Positions 1 through 9,320 of a stretch of 20,000 nucleotides of DNA are shown here, in pieces. The notes below the pieces were generated by a model that was not told the origin of the DNA, ran no database searches, and was given only the letters and a program-made list of their open reading frames with translations. Position 1 is the first letter of the stretch. Every line of letters starts with the position of its first letter. The position numbers and the translations under genes are program-made. The DNA lies in contig NW_019029002.1 of assembly GCF_002105155.1 (NCBI RefSeq), forward strand, positions 557,886 through 577,885, written 5' to 3'. This stretch comes from Lobosporangium transversale (Eukaryota).

Positions 1-63
1 GTGTCTGTGCTGTAGAACTTTGCTTTGCGAAGCAGCGCTGCTAATGTGACTTCTTTCAAACAT
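1..63 (-). CDS. Possible 5' end of a divergently transcribed gene running off the window (MFERSHISSAASQSKVLQHRH...)
   Basis: ATG at 63-61 with an open frame to the window edge and more balanced base composition than the adjacent AT-rich DNA. Too short to identify. Confidence 0.2.
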   Translation of the reverse strand, partial: MFERSHISSAASQSKVLQHRH

Positions 64-474
64 GCTTCTCTTGATATAAATGTAATGAATGTATTACTTT
101 CTGCAAACTAGTCTTTTACTTTTTTTTATATTGTCCCCAAGCTTGGATTGGAGAGGAAGCAAAGGTTCAGTCCGCAGGTCAAATAATCAGTCAATCAATC
201 ATAGTGTACTATATAATAGTGCTCATACAATATGGTGATAATGTAATGACTGTGTTAGTGATAATAATGACAGGGATTGAATCCAGGATCTGGATTTCTC
301 TCTGTCTGACACATCAAATAAATTTTCTTGATGAATTTTGAGCCAAATAAATAAATAAACCTGTCTTTTTCTTTTTTCTCTTTCTCTCTCACACTTTTTG
401 TCTTTTACCAACACCTTTTTTTACATTCTCATTCATCAAAGCATAGCTATCTAAACTTTTACTGAGAACTAAGG

Positions 475-506
<32 letters not shown>

Positions 507-562
507 AGAGAGAAAAAGAAAGAAAGAAACACTCATTCAAATCAGGAACAACCATTAAAGTC

Positions 563-2004
563 ATGAACAACTCATCGGATTCCACTGGAAACGGTTCGAA
601 TAAAAAAAACAATGCCACCAACCCTAGCAGCGACAACAACACAGGCACTGTTGCAAAAGACAAATCCGATAGCAAATCTGCAAATAACGGAAGCAATAGT
701 AATAATAACAGTAATAGTAATAACAATAATGGACAAGAAAAGACACAACAACAGTTGGATGAAGAAGCCGCCTCTGATCCCAAAAAGAAGAGAAACGGCC
801 CCAAGAGACGCAAAGTAACCCATGGTAAGTATTTGTTTGCTTGTTTCTGGATCATTTGGGCCATAGAAAAGAAAGTAATAAGATCAGGGCAACAATTTTT
901 AGCTAACAAGTTATAGGCTCAGAGTCTAGATGGATGTTTTTTATGTCTGGTTTTTTTTTTATCCATATATTTTTTCACACGATTTACGCCCTTACTTTTT
1001 TTGCTGCCTCGCGTGAAAATAATAGCATGTGTATACTGCCGACGATCCCATATGACCTGCGATGATGGTAAGATTAAGCTTTTTATTATTGCTTCCTTGC
1101 TTGCTCAAAAACATCAATTGATGGCTGTTGTTTGTCTGTATATTGGGCTGAGTACCAAAACAGAAACATTCATTAATTTAATCCATCAATCATTTGATAA
1201 TATTATATAAAAAGGTCGGCCATGTCAACGCTGCATCAAAAGGAATATTGGACATCTATGCCATGATGAACCTAAACCCTCGGCTGCTGCTGCTGCTGCT
1301 GCGGCCGCCGCCGCGCCCTCTGCTTCAACTTCAACCTCATCTCAGCATCTCAATACAAACACTAACCAAGTAGCAGGACTTTCAAGATCTTCAGATGCAC
1401 GAAGGACGCAACAACAACAACAGCAGCAGCAACAGCAACAACAACAGCAGCAGCCACAGGTTCAACAACCCTTCAGTCAACAACAATTAGCACAGTTGCA
1501 GAACAGTGGACTGGGTAATATCCAACAACTTTATGGGTTCAACAATCAATTGGCTGCACTCCCTGTTACACCTTTGACATTTGCAAGTGAACATATGGGG
1601 AATGAGTTTACTGTCATTAGGTACGAAAAAAAAAAAAAAAGCTAAAGGATCATCAAGATGTAATAGGTTATGGATAATGAATGATATTGCTTCGCTCCTT
1701 TACTCACATTATACATACACTCTGTTGCTGTCTTTTTTTTTTTTTTTTTTTTTTTTTTGTTAATAGTGACTTTCTTGAGAGTTTAGGAGGCGACCAACAA
1801 AATGTTTTTGCAGATGCAGCGATCCCTGTTAATACGACTGAAAAATTCTTCTTGACGGCTGCAGATCCCAGTGACGGCACAAATGAAGATCGATTGACTC
1901 AAGTGATTAATGCTAAGTTTGAGGCAGGATTTTTGAAGCCGTACAACTATGTCAACGGATACTCACGTCTGCAAAAATACATGGATAGCAAGTATGCTCT
2001 TTAA

Positions 2005-2055
<51 letters not shown>

Positions 2056-2867
2056 AAGCTCTTGTGCTGATTTTTACTTTTTATTCTTCTCTACAATACC
2101 TGACGTCTTAGCATGTCGAATATTAGTCGGCAAAGGATATTGAATGTCATGGGAACATTTCGACCTGCTTTCAGAACTGTTGCTCAGTCATTGACGGATA
2201 TTGACCTTGTTTTAGTAGAAGAAGCTTTTGAAAGATTACTTTTGGTAAAGAAAAGAACAAAAAAAAACCCCCTCCTTGCTCTTCTTTGAATGTCTTGTGG
2301 TAGGCTTTTCCCTATCTTCTTTACTCAATCTAACTTATCCTTCCTTTAATATATAATATCTATATTAAACAAAAGGATTATGATCGAGTCTTTAGCTCGA
2401 TGGGCATTCCTGCATGTCTATGGAGGCGTACGGGAGAGATTTACAAAGGTAACAAGGAATTTGCGTCGCTTGTCAACGTTCCACTCGAGATGCTCCGTGA
2501 AGGACGTCTATGTATATACGAATTAATGGCAGAAGAGTCTGCAGTGAACTATTGGGAGGTAAAAAAAAAAAAATTAACTTGTATATATTTTTCCTTTTTG
2601 CGATCAAAAATGGATGCGCATTGCATGGCTAACCCTCAACTTCACCTTTTTTTTTTTTTTTTTTTTTTAATTACAAATGTATAGAAATATGGAAATATTG
2701 CGTTCGATGCAGGACAAAAGGCTGTTTTAACATCTTGTCTTCTCAAGAACCCAGATCCAGAAAGTCAAAATGTTATTTCCTGTTGTTTCTCTTTTACGAT
2801 CAGGAGAGACAAGTACAACATTCCAACAGTGATTGTTGGCAATTTCTTGCCTGTTTCTTTGGGCTGA
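563..2867 (+). CDS. acuM: Zn(II)2Cys6 transcription factor, AcuM/Rds2 (gluconeogenesis regulator) family, ~477 aa; exons 563-824, 1026-1067, 1215-1620, 1767-1991, 2112-2244, 2376-2558, 2685-2867
   Basis: Splicing at GT..AG sites keeps frame (1434 nt). It gives KRRKVTHACVYCRRSHMTCDDGRPCQRCIKRNIGHLCHDEP (six-Cys cluster typical of AcuM/Rds2), KFFLTAADPS, LKPYNYVNGYSRL and a C-terminal PAS-like region (GIPACLWRRTGEIY...CCFSFTIRRD...IVGNFLP). TGA at 2865-2867. Family assigned by motif recognition; paralogues Ert1/AcuK/Gsm1 not formally excluded. Confidence 0.9.
1283..1453 (+). repeat. Coding trinucleotide repeats in acuM exon 3: poly-Ala11 (1283-1315) and poly-Gln15 (1409-1453)
   Basis: GCT/GCC/GCG run and CAA/CAG run, both in frame with the Zn-cluster exon. 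Confidence 0.9.
2008..2057 (+). repeat. T41 followed by A9 homopolymer in acuM intron 4 (longest of many A/T tracts in the window)
   Basis: Direct count. Homopolymer length may be affected by sequencing error. Confidence 0.85.
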
Positions 2868-3016
2868 AAAAAGCAAAGGAAATGAGCAGTGGAAGGAAAA
2901 AAAAAAAAAGGGTTGACATGTTGGAATCAGAATTTTTTTTTTTTTTTTTTCTTAATTATTATATTACATGTTATCGTTTGTACTTTACTATATATATAAA
3001 AGTTTGAACATGATGA

Positions 3017-6000
3017 TCAGATCCTTAAGAGTTGATTGACCTTAAGACATGTTTCTCGCAATACATCGTATCCACCCTTTTTGATGATGGGTCCTATCGC
3101 TTGAGCCACATACTCTTCATCCATGTTTCCATAGACCATCTCCAGTCGCCATGTGAACGAATTCGGTCCAGGAAAGCTCAAAATGTCATTCAATGTAAAT
3201 GTGAACCATAGATAAAACTTGACAGGCTCATTCACAGACTTGAAGTCCTTGCCATGATCACGCCTGCTCCGGCTTGAATCGCTAGGACTGGGATGATTCA
3301 TATCCTTATTATTGCTACGACTCATGTCATCGTTACTTGGCTCATGTTCTCGACCTTGACCTTGAGGTTGACCTCGGTCTTTACCATTCACGTCTTCATT
3401 TCTATCCATACCAGCGTTCGAACTGGTATCATCCATTTCTATATCCTGGTCCACAGTATAATTATGATCTGATGAATGGCTCTTTGAGCCTCCCCCTGCA
3501 TTATCGCTACTACTAATACCACCAATAATCGGTCCTGTGAATCGAACCCGAATATCGAGCACAACGATCGGCACTGTCGATCCAGCGATTTGCCGCTTTG
3601 AGCATTGAATATTATTGGCTGTGTTCCCACCGCTTTTGGTATCATCATTGCTTCCTTCCAGCTCCTTGAGATTCTCTACAGATCCAGCTACAAGATCGAC
3701 GACATGATGTACCCGCACCAGTTCCACGTCCCGTCGGATCAAACTAATCCTTTGCCAAAACTGACTAATGTCATTCAGGATTTTGCTGATCGCTGTCCCT
3801 GCCTTATACTTGGTCGCGATCATCGTTGTAAAGTCGCGTAAGAGACCTGCATACTGATCAGTATCCAGGAAAAGGAGAAAAAAAAGGGTTAACGATTAAA
3901 GAAAATTTTTGTTTAACTTTTCTTTCTCTGAAAAAAATGTGTCATAGTTGGAGGATACACTATTTACCTCCTTAACTGGCTTTGGCTTTTTAGGCATCAG
4001 TGCCAAGATTGCAAGTCGTGGTCGTCTTCGCTCGGTTTGTTGAGAGACATGATTAAAATCCATAGTGTTCCCGTCCAGATATTCAGATAATTGGACCGCA
4101 TTAGGATCCTTCCCGATTTTAGTGATATCAATGGTCACTTTCAATGTCCTGTCATAGATAAACTCCAGCGGCTTGTTCAGACGTTGCAACCCTGCTGTAG
4201 GCTGAGCAAGTTGTTGGAGCTGGACTGGTTCCCATCGATGGATTGCTTGGATGATGCTCAGAGTATCTTTTGCCCGATTGAGGTCTTCCACACGTACATA
4301 CTGATGTTTCTGAACTGTCTTTTCTGCCTCTATGATCCTTTCCTTGGTTGTCTTTTCAACTAACTGAAGTTGTTCCACTCGTGCCCTGATCTCTGCTAGC
4401 TCTTTTGCTTTCTTATCTTTGACAGACTCATAGTGCTCAATTTGTGCTCTAAAACAAAACAAAACAAAAAAAGAGTTAGCTGTGACATCGTCTTCACGGC
4501 TGCGAAGCAAAGAGCAAGCTCATTTCCAAAGTAGAAAAAAATAAAATAAAAATAAAGAAGTAAATAAATAAAAACATAAAAATAAAAGCTCATTTACCCC
4601 TGCTCCTCTGCTGCCTCTGCAAGATTGGCCAATTGCTCCTTGTCAACTAACTCATAGCCGTGTTGCCGCTGAGTGGCTTCTTCTAACTGCTGTCGAAGCT
4701 CATCGCGCCTTGGTATCACCTTTGCCTTTTCCTTTGCAAGCGTTGACGCCAACCCGCTGAGGTTCATAATGTCCTTGTATTCACATATTATAGCCATTGC
4801 AACAAATAAATAAATAAAGTGTAAAAACATAAAAAGAGGAGTTAGTAAAACATCTATTCAACGAATGATCTCTGCATACTCTTTCTTTCTTCTCTCTCTC
4901 TCCTTCTCTTTTTTTTTTTTTTTTTTTTTTTTACCTTCTTGAGTCCATCTAGATGCTGCTTCAGCGTTTCTTGTTCCATTTTCAAGAGATCAGACTTCCA
5001 GTTATTAAAAGCCGCACTGGTCTCCAATTTTGAATAAACTTTAACCATCCTGAACTGATCCTTTATAAGCTCCTTGATCTCTGAGTCACTCTCACGAAAC
5101 TCCCGGAAATACTCTGGATTTTTCTTGTTCATTCTCCTCTCTTGTTCCTCTGCATATGCCCGGCTGGTATCAATCGATTGCTTTAACAGTCGACACGCCT
5201 CTCTGTATGAATATAAATCCTGCATGGATATGGCCATCGCCTTTACTAAATCTGAGCTACGGTATACCTCCTTTGAACCTTCAGATTCTGTCACTCTAGG
5301 AGGGATAGTTCGACGTCGTGTGCTAGCAGTAAGGTGGTCCAGGAACGAAACTCCTACAAGATTCAGGAATTTACTTAATGTGATAGGAGGCAACTATCAT
5401 AAACCAAAATGGAAGAGAATAGTCAAAAAAAAAAAAAAAAAAAAAAAGTCAGACGTGGTACCTGGGATACAATTGATGGGTTTTCTTTTTTTGACTATGT
5501 AGTTGCCGCAAACACGTTGAATTGTACCTCTACAAAAGAATCTTCGTCTGCTGTGCCTTCTTGTGCAGTATCTTCATAGGTCTCCTGCGCCTCTTCATCC
5601 GACTCTTTTTGCTTATCTTCTGGTGATTGATCCTCACCTTCATTATTATTATGATCATCTAGTATTTCCTGATTGACTATTGAATGCAGTTCGTTGGATT
5701 TACCTACGTGAGTATAAATATTGATCAGCACTTTATAAATTAGTCCATCACCCTAAGAAGCTACTCTACACAATATCGCATAATAACAATAGCAGATCAA
5801 AAATGTTACCATAGGTAGTATTTGGGACAGAGGATAGTCTTTTTTCAAAGGATGTGAGATCGAGAGTATTGTCTCGATTTTCATTTAATCTGCTTTGAAA
5901 GCTTTCACTCATCCTAGAAGACGCACAGATAGAGTATCTATAGATCCTCTTGGCTAGATTACTCGTCTCAGGACTGACATGTAAAGCATGGAAGACTATT

Positions 6001-8835
6001 TGAATATCCATAAGATTGAGATAATTAATGTTGGAATAGAAAGCAAATGTAACATGAAATTGAGACATTCTAATTTTTTTTTTTACCTGGTTCTCCTGGT
6101 GCTGAGGTTTCAAGAGTCTGAAGCTGCCTTTCAAGAACTTCAGGAAAGATATTAGGGCGTGCTTTGGTGTTTGGTGTGAAACGTCCAGGGGTACCCAAAC
6201 TGCGTCTGAAGAATGAAGCGGATGAGCGGGGGTTGTATTGAGGCTGGGAGACTCGACGAGGTGGCGTAGATGGTACCGATGGTTGTTCAGTGAGAGGGAT
6301 ATCGTCCTGTGAAACCATGCTCGTGCCTTTTTGGCAATGCTCTTGTCCCTGTATGTGCTCTTCATGACTATTGGTATTTCTTATGCTCTTGTCGTCATTA
6401 CTGTTGTCATTATCATTGTTGTTATTGTTCCCAAAACTTATGGATGATCTAGGCGTGCTGATTGTCGGCAATGGTATATTAACAGTCTGAGAAGTATGTT
6501 GGTTTGATATACTTTCGGCTTCTGGGGGCTGTTCGCTGCGGGCCTCTATAATACCTGCACCAAAGGGCTGAGTGATGTCCATCGGTGTTCCAGGGTCGGA
6601 AAATATGGAAGTATTGTCCTCCATCTGGTGGAAGGCAGTTGGTGGCATTTCCTGCGCAAGCTGTTGGATACCAGCGCCAATGGGTGCTGTGATATCCATA
6701 TCGGTGTCCTCATCCAAGATAGATCTTCCGTCATCATCAAGAACGTCCATGGCACCAAGGCCTACAGTCCCTGTTAGGTGTGCAAGATCGCCTGTCAGAT
6801 CCTTTTGTGGAGCCGCTGGTGGCGCGTGTAGATTGTTGAAGAATTCATGGGATAACTGGTTTTCATCTGTCGATGAGGGTATATGAGCGTCTGAAGCATG
6901 ATTTCGATTATCTTTATATTGCTGTGAACTGGTAAAATTAGCTGTAAGATCTTGATTTGGATCAAGCTGTGGTGGTGTTAGGGGTCTTCCAGTGAGGGAT
7001 GACCGGTGATTTTGAAATCGATACTCCATGCTATGGTCCTGGATTCCATCGGCATCCCGGCTCTGAGATGACTGTGATATTGGAGGATTCTCTGTCGTAT
7101 GGCTAAGGTCAATCTTGGGACCTAATATATTGTCCCCGTCGTTCTGATAAAGCCCTACCCCTGATGATCGCTTCATAAGGGTGACCTCAGGAAAGTAATT
7201 GTTTTCTTCGTCGCCGCTGCTTTCATTACCCATATCTCCATTATTAAAAGGACTTTTACCGAAATCAGAATCCGATGATGGTATAGCAAACGCGACACTT
7301 CCTCCTGGACTTTCTGCACTATCGGGATTGCCATAATAGACATTGACTTCAAAGCTGCGTCTAATAAATAGCCAACATCCCCACAAAAAAAAAAAAAAAA
7401 AAAAAAAAAGATGAATGATTTCATACAACGATTATAATGACCCTCTGCTCCACTACATAGCTTTTATAGGGTGACATACTCTTTCTCAGAATCACTGCTT
7501 TCAATGGAGTTTCCAGTATGTTCGCCAGGCTCGAGAGCGTCCTTCCTTGGATCTGCAGGTGTTGTAGAATCATTGCTATCATTAGAACCTTGGCTACTAT
7601 GTTCATTTTCACTTAGAAATATTAGGGGTTATAGGATCTGTTATACAGTCCACAGCTCAGTTGATCGTTTATCTAAAAAAAGGAGAGAGAACGTTTCTTA
7701 CCTTGTGCTATTTCCAAACAAGAAAGGAGTGCCTAGAGTCTCTTTTAAATTGCGGCCTTCCAAATAGCTCATTGTTTTTGGATGATCATCTTCCTCTTTA
7801 TCACGTTCAAACATCCTATTCAAATATGACAGTGTAGGTTAAAATACATATATACAAATAACACAACGTCATATGAAGACATGATAAATGCTTTGACAAA
7901 ACGTAGTCAGTTGTCTTGGCAGACTATGGTCTTTTTTATTACCTAATTCTGGCAGTGGCTGCAAAACTAACACGCCTTTCAATGGATTTACGGCTCCGCG
8001 TTGTGAACTCACTGAAATGGTAGACATTTACAAATTATAGTGATATTCAACATACAAGAAACGTCAAAAAAAAAAAAAAAAAAAAAAGCGTAAACCTCAT
8101 CTGTTCTCGTTACGTTTTAGGTTTGAGTGTTTCGGTAGCTTCAGATGGGTCGACGTCTCCATGACCAGTCAATTCATCCGCTGCTTTATCAGCAGCAGCA
8201 GCAGCAGGAGTCTCCTCATTGCCTGTAAGATCATTATCCTCGGCTTGGGTTGCGGATTTGAGAATAGACTTTCCTGGCAACTACCCATACGTGTTGAATA
8301 TAGAAAAAGTTTTTTTTTTTTTTTTCTTGTTAACACCATTGACTTGATCTTTTCTTCTCTTCATAAAACTGTTTCCTTCTTGTTTTCTCCTTACCGATAT
8401 CCTCCGCTTCTTATGTCCATGTGCCTCTACATTACTAATGACATCTTCCTGGCTATGAGCTTCAAGAGATTGAGACGACTCTTGTAGAGTCACTGTCTGA
8501 GTGGTGTTGTCGCTGTTGCTGTTGTTGTTAGAAGAGAGTAGACCTGAACCAAGAGTGCTATTGTCGTGGTCGTGGCCATGGTCGTGGTTGTGGTCAACAT
8601 TGTCGTCTGGTAATACTCGTTTGGCATTAGAAACTGTATCCAGTTGCATCTCCTCCGAAGACTCCAAATGAATCGCATCAGTTTCCACTATAGAAACAAG
8701 CGTTACCGTTTCAACGGCAATATCTGTGTCAAGATTGGCCTCGGTTGTTGTTTGTGATGATTGTTGCTGCTGTTGCTCTGGCTGTTGTTGTTGTTGCTGT
8801 TGATCCTGTGACGCCGCATCCTCATCCATGATCAT
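3017..8835 (-). CDS. SPC105: Kinetochore protein Spc105/Spc7/KNL1, ~1503 aa; exons 8835-8395, 8280-8114, 8011-7943, 7815-7702, 7611-7480, 7360-6087, 5995-5810, 5703-5528, 5393-4935, 4773-4598, 4448-3968, 3853-3017
   Basis: Twelve exons join in frame (4512 nt). PP1-docking SILK (8268-8257) and RVSF (7974-7963), two MELT-like MDITxPxGAGI repeats (6699-6688, 6582-6571), Spc7-domain start ITLSKFLNLVGVSFLD, coiled-coil region and RWD-like C-terminus. Some exon boundaries in the low-complexity middle are less certain. Confidence 0.88.
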
Positions 8836-8931
8836 GTTTCAAAAAAAAAAAAAAAAAAAAAAAAAGCTGCGAAAACACGAACACACACACGCCCGAAAAA
8901 AGGAGGTATCTCCTTTGTCAATTCTAAATCT

Positions 8932-8944
8932 CACGAAAACGCGT
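8932..8944. promoter_or_regulatory. Abutting SCB-like (CACGAAA) and MCB (ACGCGT) cell-cycle elements ~100 nt upstream of the SPC105 start
   Basis: CACGAAAACGCGT at 8932-8944, with related GCGAAAA (8869-8875) and CCCGAAAA (8892-8899) nearby. Matches the yeast SBF/MBF consensus and sits upstream of a kinetochore gene. Confidence 0.55.
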
Positions 8945-9320
8945 TTGCTTAATTGAAATGCCTGTGTGTCCCGCAAGTGTAAAAGGAGATGTACTCATCT
9001 AGATTGGAAGAAAAAATAAAAAGACAAAGCTGATAAAAAACGAGGGTCTTTGTGTGACTGAAAAAGGAAATTGAATGTTTAAATAATTTTTTTTATTGAA
9101 AGATTGCAGTATAATATACAATGAGAGGGTTAATGATAACATGATAGATGTGCTATGACCAGGTCTATCTTGGAAAAGTTAAAAAAAAATTATAAATAAA
9201 AAAAAAACCCAAAAACACGGAAAAATATTGCTATGTTGTAAAAAGCCTTGATGGAGAGAATAGAGAGGAGAGGGGAGTAGGGTTTGCTGGTGCGAGGAAA
9301 AATTCCTTAAGCCTTTTTTT

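Noticed and set aside
469..909. 146-aa - strand ORF with poly-Leu/Phe
   Set aside because: Antisense of the Asn-rich acuM exon 1 and an A-homopolymer.
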